This document shows, piece by piece, positions 9,079 to 19,892 of a stretch of 64,000 nt of DNA. Position numbers and translations under genes: made by a program. Below the pieces are notes generated by a model. That model worked only from the letters and a program-made list of their open reading frames with translations. It ran no database searches and was not told where the DNA came from. Numbering within the stretch: the first letter of the stretch is position 1; each line of letters opens with the position of its first letter. Location of the stretch: assembly GCF_988242995.1 (NCBI RefSeq), contig NZ_OZ547043.1; one strand, given 5' to 3'.

Positions 9079-12000
9079 ATGAGCGGAAAACCGGCGGCGC
9101 GACAGGGCGATATGACCCGCAAGGGACTGGATATTGTGCAGGGTTCAGCGGGGGTGCTGATAGGTGCGCCGACGGGAGTGGCCTGCTCGGTGTGTCCCAA
9201 CAGCCCGGTGGAGGAGCAGAAGGGTAACCCGGTGAACCCGCTACTGGGTGCGAAGGTGCTGCCGGGCGAGACGGATCTTGCGCTGCCCGGCCCGTTGCCG
9301 TTTATTCTTTCCCGCGCCTACAGCAGCTACCGGACCAGGACACCCGCGCCGGTGGGGGTGTTTGGTCCCGGCTGGAAAGCGCCCTTCGATATCCGCTTAC
9401 AGGTTCATGAGCGGGAACTGATACTCAACGACAGTGGCGGCAGGAGCATTCACTTTGAGCCGCTGTTTCCCGGCGAGATAAGCTACAGCCGCAGCGAGTC
9501 GTTCTGGCTGGCAAGGGGCGGGGTGGCGGAGCAGCACAGTTCGCAGCCGCTAAGCGCGCTCTGGCAGGTGCTGCCGGAGAGTCTCCGCTTAAGCCCGCAT
9601 GTGTACCTGGCGACAAACAGCCTTCAGGGGCCGTGGTGGATACTCGGCTGGCCGGAGCGGGTACCGGAGGCGGACGAGGTGCTGCCGCCGGAGCCGCCCG
9701 CATACCGGGTGCTGACGGGCGTGGTGGACGGCTTCGGGCGGACGCTGGCCTTCCACCGGGCGGCAGAGGGGGAAGCGGCGGGCGCGGTGACGGGGGTGAC
9801 GGACGGCGCGGGCCGCCGTTTTCATCTGGCGCTGACCACACAGGCGCAGCGGGCGAAAGCCTTCCGTAAACAGCGCGAGTCTTCTTTATCTTCTCCGGCC
9901 AGTCCCCGTTCTGTTTCCTCTTCTCAGTTTTTCCCCGACACGCTGCCCACCGGTACAGAGTACGGTGCCGATAACGGTATCCGGCTGGAGGCGGTATGGC
10001 TGACACACGACCCGGCATACCCGGATGAACTGCCGACTGCGCCGCTGGCGCGCTACACGTACACGGCCAGCGGAGAACTGCGGGCGGTGTATGACCGCAG
10101 CGGTACGCAGGTGCGCGGGTTTACTTATGATGCGGAGCACGCCGGGCGGATGGTGGCGCACCATTATGCGGGGAGGCCGGAGAGCCGCTACCGGTATGAT
10201 GATACCGGTCGGGTGACGGAGCAGGTCAACCCGGAGGGGCTGGACTACCGCTTTGAGTACGGGCAGGACCGCGTGACCATCACGGACAGCCTGAACCGGC
10301 GGGAGGTGCTGTACACGGAGGGCGAGGGCGGCCTGAAGCGGGTGGTGAAGAAGGAGTATGGGGACGGGAGCATCACCCGCAGCGAGTATGATGAGGCGGG
10401 GAGGCTGAAGGCGCAGACGGATGCGGCGGGACGGCGGACGGAGTACCGGCTGCATATGGCGTCGGGAAAGCTGACTTCAGTGATACTGCCGGACGGCAGG
10501 ACGGTACGGTATGGTTACAACAACCAGTTGCAACTGACGTCAGTGACGTACCCGGACGGGCTGCGCCGCAGCCGGAAATATGACCGTCAGGGCAGGCTGG
10601 CGGAAGAGGTCTCGCGCAACGGTAACATTACGCGCTGGTTTTATGATTCTTCCCGCAGTGGCCTGCCCTGTGCGGTGGAAGACGGAACCGGGGTGAGGCG
10701 GAGAATAACGCGAAACCGGTACGGTCAGCTTCAGGCATTTACGGACTGTTCAGGGTACACGACGCGGTATGAATACGACCGGTACGGTCAGAGGACGGCG
10801 GTTCACCGGGAGGAAGGCATCAGCACTTACAGCAGTTATAACCCGCGTGGTCAACTGGTCAGTCAGAAGGATGCGCAGGGACGTGAAACCCGTTATGAGT
10901 ACAGCGCCGCAGGCGACCTCACCGCTATCATTGCCCCGAACGGCAGCCGGAGTGAGACACAGTATGATGCGTGGGGAAAGGCCGTCAGCACCACGCAGGG
11001 CGGACTGACGCGCAGCATGGAGTATGACGCCGCCGGGAGCATCACCGTGCTGACCAACGAGAACGGCAGCCAGTCCACGTTCCGGTATGACCCGGTGGAC
11101 AGGCTGACGGAGCAGCGCGGCTTTGACGGCAGGACACAGCGTTACCGGTACAGCGCCACAGGGCAGCTCATCCGCAGCGAGGATGAGGGGCAGGTCACGC
11201 AGTGGTACTACGATGACGCCGGGCGCATCACGCACCGGACGGTGAACGGCGACCCGGCGGAGCAGTGGCAGTATGACGACCACGGCTGGCTGACAGAAAT
11301 CAGCCACCTGAGCGAAGGCCACCGTGTGGCGGTCCACTACGGCTATGACGATAAAGGCCGCCTGACGGGCGAACGGCAGACGGTGGAGAACCAGGAGACG
11401 GGGGAGATGCTGTGGGAGCATGAGACGAGGCACGTCTACAGCGAACAGGGGCTGGCGACCCGTCAGGAGCCGGACGGTCTGCCGCCGGTGGAGTGGCTGA
11501 CGTATGGCAGCGGTTATCTTGCGGGGATGAAGCTGGGCGGAACGCCGCTGGTCGAGTACACGCGGGACCGGCTGCACCGTGAGACGGCCCGCAGCTTCGG
11601 CGGGGCGGGCAGTACAGCGGGGTACGAACAGGCCACGGCGTACACCCTCACAGGGCAGCTCCGGAGCAGGCACCTGAACCTTCCGCAGCTTGACCGTGAG
11701 TATACGTGGAACGATAACGGGCAACTGGTGCGCATCAGCGGCCCGCAGGAGAGCCGGAAGTACCGTTACAGCGACACGGGAAGACTGACGGGCGTTCACA
11801 CCACGGCGGCGAACCTGGATATCGATATCCCGTATGCGACGGACCCGGCAGGAAACCGGCTGCCGGACCCGGAACTGCACCCGGACAGCACCTTCACGGC
11901 GTGGCCGGATAACCGCATCACGGAAGATGCGCACTATGTCTACCGCTACGATGAATACGGCAGGCTGGCGGAGAAGACGGACCGTATCCCGGAAGGGGTG

Positions 12001-13290
12001 ATACGGATGCACGACGAGCGGACGCACCACTACCATTACGACAGCCAGCACCGCCTGGTGTTCTACACGCGGATACAGCACGGCGAGCCACAGGTGGAGA
12101 GCCGCTACCTCTATGACCCGCTGGGCCGCCGGACGGGGAAACGGGTGTGGCGGCGGGAGCGTGACCTGACGGGGTGGATGTCGCTGTCGCGTAAACCGGA
12201 GGAGACCTGGTACGGGTGGGACGGTGACAGGCTGACGACGGTACAGACCGGCACCACGCGTATCCAGACGGTATACCAGCCGGGGAGCTTCACGCCGCTC
12301 ATCAGAATCGAAACAGAGAATGGTGAACAGGCGAAGGCGCGGCACCGGAGTCTGGCGGAGGTGTTGCAGGAGGACACGGGGGTGACGCTACCGGCGGAGC
12401 TGTCGGTGATGCTGGGGAGGCTGGAGCGGGAACTGCGCGCGGGTGCGGTGAGTGCGGAGAGTGAGGCATGGCTTCAGCAGTGCGGGCTGACGGCGGAACA
12501 GATGAAAAACCAGATGGAGGCGGAATACATCCCGGAGAGGACACTTCATCTTTACCACTGCGACCACCGGGGGCTGCCGCAGGCGCTCATCAGCCCGGAA
12601 GGGGAAACGGCGTGGCAGGGGGAGTATGACGAGTGGGGAAACCTGCTGGGCGAAACCAGCGCGCAGCAACTGCAACAGCCGTACCGTCTGCCGGGGCAGC
12701 AGTATGATGAGGAGTCGGGGCTGTACTATAACCGCAACCGGTACTATGACCCGTTGCAGGGGCGGTATATCACCCAGGATCCCATTGGGCTAAGAGGTGC
12801 ATGGAACCTGTATCAGTATCCATTGAATCCAACTACTAAGATAGATCCGTTGGGTCTCTCCGGAGAAGATTCCATAGAGCAGTCAGGTCCATCTTGGTTG
12901 ATTGCTGACCCCATGGATAAATACAGACAACAGGCAGTGATGGGTTTAACAAAATTGTGGGATGATACCTTTAGTCAAGAGAAGACTAAATGTTTACCTA
13001 CGACACCTGAAAACATCAGGATGGTTGTGGCCAACAGTCCCTTGTTGACAGTACAACAAAAAGTCTCAGTACCCGTAGTAGCTCACTACGTACAAATGCT
13101 GGAAGATGGTAGTGGAGCACCACCGGTTGATATGGATGGGAATGTGATTGTTAATGGTAATCACAGGATGGTTGCGGGTCTGTTATGTGATAAACTTCCT
13201 CCTGAGCGGCCAGGTACGCGTCCATTATCGGCACCACTATATCCGTTTAGCCAAATTTTTCCGGAGTTAGATGATTGGGGGAATAGATGA
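9079..13290 (+). CDS. rhsE: Rhs-family protein: YD-repeat core with a variable C-terminal toxin domain
   Basis: 1403-aa ORF starting [13 protein letters not shown]…; many YD/RHS repeats (…[12 protein letters not shown]…, …YEYDRYGQ…); core ends with the canonical …[31 protein letters not shown] (DPLGL at 12844-12858), followed by ~143 aa of unrelated AT-rich sequence; RBS aagga upstream. Confidence 0.9.
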   Translation: MSGKPAARQGDMTRKGLDIVQGSAGVLIGAPTGVACSVCPNSPVEEQKGNPVNPLLGAKVLPGETDLALPGPLPFILSRAYSSYRTRTPAPVGVFGPGWKAPFDIRLQVHERELILNDSGGRSIHFEPLFPGEISYSRSESFWLARGGVAEQHSSQPLSALWQVLPESLRLSPHVYLATNSLQGPWWILGWPERVPEADEVLPPEPPAYRVLTGVVDGFGRTLAFHRAAEGEAAGAVTGVTDGAGRRFHLALTTQAQRAKAFRKQRESSLSSPASPRSVSSSQFFPDTLPTGTEYGADNGIRLEAVWLTHDPAYPDELPTAPLARYTYTASGELRAVYDRSGTQVRGFTYDAEHAGRMVAHHYAGRPESRYRYDDTGRVTEQVNPEGLDYRFEYGQDRVTITDSLNRREVLYTEGEGGLKRVVKKEYGDGSITRSEYDEAGRLKAQTDAAGRRTEYRLHMASGKLTSVILPDGRTVRYGYNNQLQLTSVTYPDGLRRSRKYDRQGRLAEEVSRNGNITRWFYDSSRSGLPCAVEDGTGVRRRITRNRYGQLQAFTDCSGYTTRYEYDRYGQRTAVHREEGISTYSSYNPRGQLVSQKDAQGRETRYEYSAAGDLTAIIAPNGSRSETQYDAWGKAVSTTQGGLTRSMEYDAAGSITVLTNENGSQSTFRYDPVDRLTEQRGFDGRTQRYRYSATGQLIRSEDEGQVTQWYYDDAGRITHRTVNGDPAEQWQYDDHGWLTEISHLSEGHRVAVHYGYDDKGRLTGERQTVENQETGEMLWEHETRHVYSEQGLATRQEPDGLPPVEWLTYGSGYLAGMKLGGTPLVEYTRDRLHRETARSFGGAGSTAGYEQATAYTLTGQLRSRHLNLPQLDREYTWNDNGQLVRISGPQESRKYRYSDTGRLTGVHTTAANLDIDIPYATDPAGNRLPDPELHPDSTFTAWPDNRITEDAHYVYRYDEYGRLAEKTDRIPEGVIRMHDERTHHYHYDSQHRLVFYTRIQHGEPQVESRYLYDPLGRRTGKRVWRRERDLTGWMSLSRKPEETWYGWDGDRLTTVQTGTTRIQTVYQPGSFTPLIRIETENGEQAKARHRSLAEVLQEDTGVTLPAELSVMLGRLERELRAGAVSAESEAWLQQCGLTAEQMKNQMEAEYIPERTLHLYHCDHRGLPQALISPEGETAWQGEYDEWGNLLGETSAQQLQQPYRLPGQQYDEESGLYYNRNRYYDPLQGRYITQDPIGLRGAWNLYQYPLNPTTKIDPLGLSGEDSIEQSGPSWLIADPMDKYRQQAVMGLTKLWDDTFSQEKTKCLPTTPENIRMVVANSPLLTVQQKVSVPVVAHYVQMLEDGSGAPPVDMDGNVIVNGNHRMVAGLLCDKLPPERPGTRPLSAPLYPFSQIFPELDDWGNR

Positions 13291-13772
13291 TAAGAATCGC
13301 GTTTTTAATAACCAATAAATTTCTTGATATAGATAGTACCACTCTTGCTGGATATGATTTTAGCGGGATGGATCTACATCGTGCCATCCTCAATGGTTAT
13401 TGTCTTGATGGGGCGAAATTTGAAAATTCCCATTTAAGAAATGTAATGATTCAACATACATCAACTAGAAATGCTGTCTTTCGCAATGCGGCTCTGATGA
13501 ACGCTATTCTTAATAACTCAGATTTCACTGGAAGTGACTTTAGTAATTCAAGGTCAATAGGTGCAAACTTTGAGGGTGCTATATTAACTAATTCAACCTT
13601 TTGCAATGCAGACGTTAAAGATTCAAATTTTTCTGGTGCTGACTTATGTGGCGCTAATTTATTATGTGATAGATATGGCGATATAAATATAACAGGTGCA
13701 TTATTCGATAAAAACACCTCATGGTTAGAAGGTTTTGATCCTATAGCTCATGGGGCTATATTAAAAATATGA
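13287..13772 (+). CDS. ydcD: Pentapeptide-repeat protein, probable Rhs immunity protein
   Basis: 161-aa ORF whose ATG overlaps the rhsE stop (ATGA at 13287-13290); tandem A(D/N)LXX-type repeats (…[64 protein letters not shown]…); AT-rich like the rhsE tip. Confidence 0.75.
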   Translation: MIRIAFLITNKFLDIDSTTLAGYDFSGMDLHRAILNGYCLDGAKFENSHLRNVMIQHTSTRNAVFRNAALMNAILNNSDFTGSDFSNSRSIGANFEGAILTNSTFCNADVKDSNFSGADLCGANLLCDRYGDINITGALFDKNTSWLEGFDPIAHGAILKI

Positions 13773-14100
13773 CAAGGATCATAACTCATTATTTTCTGTG
13801 TCAGTAACACTGATGTGGAAAGTAGACTTACTTGCAATAGCCACCGGGATCTGCTGTTGAAAGCCGATCCCAAACAACCCCGGTTGCTGTGGTAAAGAGT
13901 CATAGTAGCGAGCGCAGGGGGAGTGCTCAGATTATATGAGATACAGTGAAATGAATAAACCCGAACCTGTGTTGACGTGTCGTTAGTCCTAAGCGGCATC
14001 AGAACCGGAGGTTTCGTGATACCGCCGTGATAAATTTACGGGTGAATTCCGAATGCTACGTAAAGGGTGTCCGGCGTATAGCAGACATCAGGATAAAAGT

Positions 14101-15494
14101 ATGAAAGCCCACGCCCCACAAGGCTTTACCGGATGATGAGTTTTTAAACTACGACATTACTTTTACAGTAAAATCCATCATGTTGGTATTTTCTCTCGAA
14201 CAATTTGACGATCCACGGAAAGATCACGTAACGCTGCTTTTTTGTACTAGACAATTCGCATTTTATGTTTAACAATTGAGATATTCCTCATTACCTGAAG
14301 CTGTTTTTTATTGCGTATACATGATCAAATACTCCTTACATAATTAAGGAGAACAAAATGGAACTTAAAAAATTGATGGAACATATTTCTATTATCCCCG
14401 ATTACAGACAAGCCTGGAAAGTGGAACATAAATTTTCGGATATTCTACTGTTGACTATTTGTGCCGTTATTTCGGGTGCAGAAGGCTGGGAAGATATAGA
14501 GGATTTTGGGGAAACACATCTCGATTTTTTGAAGCAATATGGTGATTTTGATAATGGTATTCCTGTTCACGATACCATTGCCAGAGTTGTATCCTGTATC
14601 AGTCCTGCAAAATTTCACGAGTGCTTTATTAACTGGATGCGTGACTGCCATTCTTCAGATGATAAAGACGTCATCGCAATTGATGGAAAAACACTCCGGC
14701 ATTCTTATGACAAGAGTCGCCGCAAGGGAGCGATTCATGTCATTAGTGCGTTCTCAACAATGCACAGTCTGGTTATCGGACAGATCAGGACGGATGAGAA
14801 ATCCAATGAGATTACAGCTATTCCAGAACTTCTTAACATGCTGGATATTAAAGGAAAAATCATCACAACTGATGCGATGGGTTGCCAGAAAGATATTGCA
14901 GAGAAGATACAAAAACAGGGCGGTGATTATTTATTCGCTGTAAAAGGAAACCAGGGGCGGCTAAATAAAGCCTTCGAGGAAAAATTTCCGCTGAAAGAAT
15001 TAAATAATCCAGAGCATGACAGTTACGCAATTAGTGAAAAGAGTCACGGCAGAGAAGAAATCCGTCTTCACATTGTTTGCGATGTCCCTGATGAACTTAT
15101 TGATTTCACGTTTGAATGGAAAGGTCTGAAGAAATTATGCGTGGCAGTCTCCTTTCGGTCAATAATAGCAGAACAAAAGAAAGAGCCAGAAATGACGGTC
15201 AGATATTATATCAGTTCTGCTGATTTAACCGCAGAGAAGTTCGCCACAGCAATCCGAAACCACTGGCACGTGGAGAATAAGCTGCACTGGCGTCTGGACG
15301 TGGTAATGAATGAAGACGACTGCAAAATAAGAAGAGGAAATGCAGCAGAATTATTTTCAGGGATACGGCACATGGCTATTAATATTTTAACGAATGATAA
15401 GATATTTAAGGCAGGGTTAAGACGTAAGATGCGAAAAGCAGCCATGGACAGAAACTACCTGGCGTCAGTCCTTGCTGGGTGCGGGCTTTCGTAA
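14101..15494 (+). mobile_element. H-repeat (ISAs1-family) element, copy 2, approximate boundaries
   Basis: Leader 14101-14215 matches the copy-1 leader (atgaaagccc(g/a)cgccccacaag…cgacattacttttа-like block …caatttgac); the 3' end gcgggctttcg at 15481-15491 is inverted relative to the 5' end; contains an intact transposase ORF. Confidence 0.5.
14358..15494 (+). CDS. ydcC: H-repeat-associated protein (ISAs1-family DDE transposase), intact
   Basis: 378-aa ORF; DDE-type transposase features; paralogous to the interrupted ORF at 7521..8657; RBS aaggag upstream. Confidence 0.85.
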   Translation: MELKKLMEHISIIPDYRQAWKVEHKFSDILLLTICAVISGAEGWEDIEDFGETHLDFLKQYGDFDNGIPVHDTIARVVSCISPAKFHECFINWMRDCHSSDDKDVIAIDGKTLRHSYDKSRRKGAIHVISAFSTMHSLVIGQIRTDEKSNEITAIPELLNMLDIKGKIITTDAMGCQKDIAEKIQKQGGDYLFAVKGNQGRLNKAFEEKFPLKELNNPEHDSYAISEKSHGREEIRLHIVCDVPDELIDFTFEWKGLKKLCVAVSFRSIIAEQKKEPEMTVRYYISSADLTAEKFATAIRNHWHVENKLHWRLDVVMNEDDCKIRRGNAAELFSGIRHMAINILTNDKIFKAGLRRKMRKAAMDRNYLASVLAGCGLS

Positions 15495-15539
15495 TCTTGC
15501 CCTGCGCCAAAGATTCCATATAATAATATTAAGGTTGTT

Positions 15540-16175
15540 ATGAATAAAGGTAATAGATTACAACAGTTAGAAGATGCGTGTCGTGATATTATTAAAATTA
15601 ACATGTGGTATGAACTCCCCGATTATGTATTTTTTTCAATATCTGACACCATCGATGGGACGAGTGATGAATTTGCAATAAATGTGTATAAAAATATCGA
15701 TAAAAGTCTTCTTGAAATATTATTGCATCCATCTGTTTTACTGTCAGTTGTTGAGTCCTTACAAAGTAATACTATAGCTGAGTATATCGTGAAATTGTCT
15801 GGAATAGAGATGAATTATGACGACTTGCTAATATCGGATGTTAAGTCATGTCTTTTTATCAACTATGGATTCAATAACAGTGAATCGGTTGCGCTATTTA
15901 ATAAGATTTGCCGCGAATTAAAAGACATTGTAAAATCATCAAGAGTACATATAGATCATGAGAAAGATATTTTTGATGGCCTTAATCAAATCTTGGCTTT
16001 TTCCGATAATAATAAACGTGAGTATTTTTTATATATAAAGGCATATTGGCTCAGTTTATACTTTTGTGAAATTTCACAGAACGTGAGAGAAAGAGATAAG
16101 TTGTCATTTTATTATAATGAATTTTCTGTCCGATTTCCTAATGTTGTCCTATATCCGTCATGCTACAAATTGTAA
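15540..16175 (+). CDS. Hypothetical protein (AT-rich orphan ORF next to the Rhs/H-rpt region)
   Basis: 211-aa ORF with an ATG start and aagg 5 nt upstream; very AT-rich; no family recognisable by eye; lies immediately 3' of the H-rpt element. Confidence 0.5.
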   Translation: MNKGNRLQQLEDACRDIIKINMWYELPDYVFFSISDTIDGTSDEFAINVYKNIDKSLLEILLHPSVLLSVVESLQSNTIAEYIVKLSGIEMNYDDLLISDVKSCLFINYGFNNSESVALFNKICRELKDIVKSSRVHIDHEKDIFDGLNQILAFSDNNKREYFLYIKAYWLSLYFCEISQNVRERDKLSFYYNEFSVRFPNVVLYPSCYKL

Positions 16176-16566
16176 GGCTTGGCACCTGAAATTCATTGTT
16201 AATTCGAGACGCTTGATTGTCCACTATATCAAAACAGTCATACCTCGGAATTTCTCACATTAGTCCATACGGTATTCAATTTTCGCAACTGTGCCCTGAA
16301 ATAAAAAACTGCAAAACTGCTTTTTCTTGACCTGTCCCAATCACGCAAGACTACTTTTAGTAGAGACCTCCAGCCATATCGATTTTAGTGCCGCCCGCGC
16401 ATTTTATACAAAACAGGGCTTTATCAATGAAGCTATAATACGCAATTACTATGATGTTGGTGAGGATAAATTAATCTTCACTAAAAATATGCAATCGTGA
16501 GATAAAATATGCTTTTAACTCATATTGAAACATTGCTTACGCAACTTCGTTGCTGCATATGATTCT

Positions 16567-17136
16567 TTAGCCAGCGGTAATACGCTTGCCGCTGGTAACA
16601 AACGTGCCAGCACCTAAATGATGCAACGTATTGAGTTTGTCATCATCAAACTGCCAGCGGCCTTCGACAAATACTCGTGCGTCTGCCGCTGCTGATACTA
16701 CCTCGCCAAACAGTGTGTCGTATTTTTCTTGCGCAGAAGTCGCAGGTAGCAGGCGACACTCCATCCACGCCAGACATTTTTCCTCGACCAGCGGCAAACC
16801 AAGCACCGGGCCTCTCACTACCGGAATGCCGTAGCAATTAAATTTATCTTCTTCACGCCCCGACACACTTCCCACCGCCCACGTCCAGTTAGTTGCTGCA
16901 ACACCCGGGATAACGATGCCAAACTTACCATTACGTTCAATCAACTCCCTGGTCCATGTCGATTTATCTACCACAATCGCCACGCGTGGCGGTTCAAACT
17001 CCACCGGCATTGACCAGGCTGCTGCCATAATGTTACGCCGCTGGGATTGCTCATCGAAACTGGTGATCATGACAGTTGGGCCATGATTTAACAGACGGCT
17101 GGCATGGTGTAATTCGACGGGAATGAATTGGCTCAC
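16567..17136 (-). CDS. yddH: Flavin reductase-like domain protein
   Basis: 189-aa ORF; apparent GTG start with gagg RBS; flavin-reductase-like fold features (…PTVMITSFDEQSQRRNIMAAAWSMPVEFEPPRVAIVVDK…). Confidence 0.7.
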   Translation of the reverse strand: MSQFIPVELHHASRLLNHGPTVMITSFDEQSQRRNIMAAAWSMPVEFEPPRVAIVVDKSTWTRELIERNGKFGIVIPGVAATNWTWAVGSVSGREEDKFNCYGIPVVRGPVLGLPLVEEKCLAWMECRLLPATSAQEKYDTLFGEVVSAAADARVFVEGRWQFDDDKLNTLHHLGAGTFVTSGKRITAG

Positions 17137-17310
17137 GATATCGCCTCGCTATGAAGGGTGTTTTAAAAGCGTAGCTCGTAACGCAATAAGTAACGAAATT
17201 AACGGGATTGGCGATTTGCGAACGTGATGCATGTCCGCGATCGCACAAAATAGCCGGTGCAGCGTCTATTCCAGGTTATAAGTTGAGAAAACCACTAAGG
17301 GAAACGCCTG

Positions 17311-18156
17311 ATGACGCCCATTCTGAATCACTATTTTGCCCGTATTAACTGGTTGGGAGCTGCTGCGGCCAATATTGATACGCTGCGTGCATTGCACCTG
17401 AAACACAATTGCACCATTCCATTTGAAAACCTCGACGTTTTGCTGCCAAGGGAAATACAGCTTGATGATCAATCGCTGGAAGAGAAACTGGTGACAGCCC
17501 GTCGTGGCGGTTACTGTTTTGAGCAGAATGGCGTGTTTGAGCGGGTGTTACGCGAGCTGGGGTTTAACGTTCGCAGCTTGTTAGGGCGCGTAGTGTTATC
17601 AAATCCGCCAGCATTACCGCCGCGCACCCATCGTTTGTTGTTGGTGGAACTGGAAGGGGAAAAATGGATTGCTGATGTCGGTTTCGGTGGACAGACGCTA
17701 ACCGCGCCGATTCGTTTAGTTCCCGATCTCGTGCAGATCACGCCACACGGAGAGTATCGGTTGTTACAGGAGGGTGATGATTGGGTGTTGCAGTTTAATC
17801 ATCATCAGCACTGGCAGTCGATGTACCGTTTTGATCTCTGCGAGCAGCAACAAAGCGATTATGTAATGGGCAATTTCTGGTCGGCGCACTGGCCGCAGTC
17901 GCATTTTCGCCATCATTTGCTGATGTGCCGCCATTTGCCGGACGGCGGCAAGCTGACACTGACCAATTTTCATTTTACCCATTATGAAAATGGGCACGCG
18001 GTGGAGCAGCGAAATCTACCAGATGTGGCGTCGTTATATGCCGTGATGCAGGAACAGTTTGGTCTGGGCGTGGATGATGTGAAACATGGCTTTACTGTGG
18101 ATGAGTTAGCGCTGGTGATGGCGGCGTTTGATACGCACCCGGAGGCGGGAAAATAA
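17311..18156 (+). CDS. nhoA: Arylamine N-acetyltransferase (N-hydroxyarylamine O-acetyltransferase)
   Basis: 281-aa ORF with the catalytic cysteine motif RGGYCFEQN and a conserved NAT fold; RBS aaggga. Confidence 0.9.
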   Translation: MTPILNHYFARINWLGAAAANIDTLRALHLKHNCTIPFENLDVLLPREIQLDDQSLEEKLVTARRGGYCFEQNGVFERVLRELGFNVRSLLGRVVLSNPPALPPRTHRLLLVELEGEKWIADVGFGGQTLTAPIRLVPDLVQITPHGEYRLLQEGDDWVLQFNHHQHWQSMYRFDLCEQQQSDYVMGNFWSAHWPQSHFRHHLLMCRHLPDGGKLTLTNFHFTHYENGHAVEQRNLPDVASLYAVMQEQFGLGVDDVKHGFTVDELALVMAAFDTHPEAGK

Positions 18157-18164
18157 TTTATGTC

Positions 18165-18236
18165 AGGTTGCCGGATGCGGCGTAAACGCCTTATCCGGCA
18201 TACATAGACCTGATAAGCGAAGCGCATCAGGCAACG
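18165..18236. repeat. REP/BIME-type extragenic palindromic repeats
   Basis: gccggatgcggcgtaaacgccttatccggc followed by ctgataagcgaagcgcatcagg, the classic REP palindromic-unit sequence, between convergent nhoA and yddE. Confidence 0.6.
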
Positions 18237-18239
18237 GTT

Positions 18240-19133
18240 TCAGAATTCAATTGCCCATTCGGCATGAAACAAAATCACCGCTGTGCCAGAAATGGTGACT
18301 TTCTCCGGTTGGTTATCGCGAATTGTCACCGTCACTTCAATCACGCCGTCACGCCCTAATGCGCGCCCCTGATGGCCTTTAACATGCAACACGTTGCCAT
18401 CGTGGGGCAATACGTTGTGATGTACCAACCATGCACCCATCGGGCCATTGGCATTGCCGGTCACCGGATCTTCCACAATACCAATGGCAGGCGAGAACAT
18501 ACGACCGTCGGTTTCGTTTTTGCCTGGGCGGATCTGGAACGGGAAGAAACCATTGCAGCCAATCTGTTTGCTGATAGCGGTCAGCGCAGCAAGATCAGGC
18601 GAAAGGGCGTCGATATCCACTTCTGGTTTCAGTGGGATCATCACTTTTGAGTGTCCTGTGGTTGCCACCTGAATTGGCAAGCCTGGCAGAATATCGTCTT
18701 CAGTGAGATGAAGCGCGTTGATAATTGCCGTGCGAGCTTCACCTTCCAGCGGTGGCTCAAAGCCCGGCGGACCTTGTTCCAGTGAAATACGATAATCATC
18801 ATTGTGATTTTCGATAGTCACGCGATGTTTTCCTGCCAGTGACGTTTGCCAGACCGTGCAATTTCCTAAACCTACCACCTTCGCACGTACATAGTGCGCA
18901 GCTACTGTCGCGTGACCGCAAATAGGCACTTCAACCGTTGGCGTAAAGTAGCGGATGCGCACATCGCTGTCGTCGCTGTGCAGCAGAAAAGCAGTTTCGG
19001 AATGACCTAATTCGCGGGCGATAAGCTGCATTTGCGCTTCACTGAGATTATCGGCGGGGAAAACAACACCGGCAGAATTGCCGCGAAACGGTTGTGAGGT
19101 AAAAGCATCGACGTGGTACACCTGCGGTTTCAT
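18240..19133 (-). CDS. yddE: PhzF-family isomerase-like protein
   Basis: 297-aa ORF; PhzF/DapF-like fold features; position matches synteny. Confidence 0.8.
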   Translation of the reverse strand: MKPQVYHVDAFTSQPFRGNSAGVVFPADNLSEAQMQLIARELGHSETAFLLHSDDSDVRIRYFTPTVEVPICGHATVAAHYVRAKVVGLGNCTVWQTSLAGKHRVTIENHNDDYRISLEQGPPGFEPPLEGEARTAIINALHLTEDDILPGLPIQVATTGHSKVMIPLKPEVDIDALSPDLAALTAISKQIGCNGFFPFQIRPGKNETDGRMFSPAIGIVEDPVTGNANGPMGAWLVHHNVLPHDGNVLHVKGHQGRALGRDGVIEVTVTIRDNQPEKVTISGTAVILFHAEWAIEF

Positions 19134-19211
19134 TAACGTTCTCCTGTGGCTGGAGAACTATCATAGCCTGCAAGTGGCCGGAGAGCGAAGGGCTATCCGG
19201 CCAGGGTGAAA

Positions 19212-19892
19212 TTATCGCCGCGAGCGCACAATCTGATACCGACGAGTAAAGTACTCAAACGGCGCGCTCCACACATGCACCAGTCGGGTGAACGGGAAGA
19301 GCAGGAAGATGGTCATTCCCAACACCAGATGCAGGCGGAAAACGAACGCTACGCCGTTAAGCATTTCTGACGATCCACCACGGAAAGTGACAATGCTTTG
19401 CGCCCAACCCACCAGCTTCATCATTTCGCTACCATCAGGATACTGTGCTGAAAACGGTATGGTACTTAGCCCCAGCAGACACTGAATCAGCAAAATGATC
19501 ATGATGATAATATCCGGCGTAGTGGAAGTGGCACGCACGCGCTGATTTGTCAGCCTGCGCCACAGCAGTCCTGCGCCGCCAATCAGCGTCAATACACCGC
19601 AAATACCACCGAGCACCATCGCCATCTGCTGTTTTACCGCCACCGGCAGAAACCACGCGTACATCCAGTGCGGCGTTAACATGCCGAACAGGTGCCCGAA
19701 GAAAATCCCCAAAATGCCGATATGGAACAGATTCGACCATATCACCATCCCGCGTTTATCGAGCATCTGACTCGAGGAGGCGCGCCAGGTATACTGCCCG
19801 TAGTCGTAGCGCAGCCAGCTGCCGAGGAAAAACACTGTCGCACAAATGTACGGGTAGATATCATAAAAAAAGACGTTCAGATACTGAATCAT
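19212..19892 (-). CDS. narV: Respiratory nitrate reductase Z, gamma (cytochrome b) subunit
   Basis: 226-aa membrane protein with conserved haem-ligand histidines; last gene of narZYWV. Confidence 0.9.
   Translation of the reverse strand: MIQYLNVFFYDIYPYICATVFFLGSWLRYDYGQYTWRASSSQMLDKRGMVIWSNLFHIGILGIFFGHLFGMLTPHWMYAWFLPVAVKQQMAMVLGGICGVLTLIGGAGLLWRRLTNQRVRATSTTPDIIIMIILLIQCLLGLSTIPFSAQYPDGSEMMKLVGWAQSIVTFRGGSSEMLNGVAFVFRLHLVLGMTIFLLFPFTRLVHVWSAPFEYFTRRYQIVRSRR

Noticed and set aside
9425-12675. Many long ORFs antisense to or out of frame with rhsE (for example 10750..12345 minus, 531 aa; 9886..10455 minus; 9425..10018 minus)
   Set aside because: They lie entirely inside the GC-rich, repetitive Rhs core, where stop codons are rare in all frames. 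Their translations are low-complexity Arg/Pro/Ala-rich strings with no start context, so they are composition artefacts.
13773-14100. Spacer between the immunity gene and the second H-rpt element as a possible orphan rhs-CT fragment
   Set aside because: No in-frame DPxGL-encoding core remnant or ORF with a credible start was found; only a short stretch resembling the region upstream of the other H-rpt copy.
16176-16566. Looked for a small tautomerase-like ORF (pptA-type, ~75 aa) expected near yddH from synteny
   Set aside because: No ORF of that size or a recognisable tautomerase N-terminus was found on either strand. The interval reads as AT-rich intergenic DNA, so nothing was annotated.
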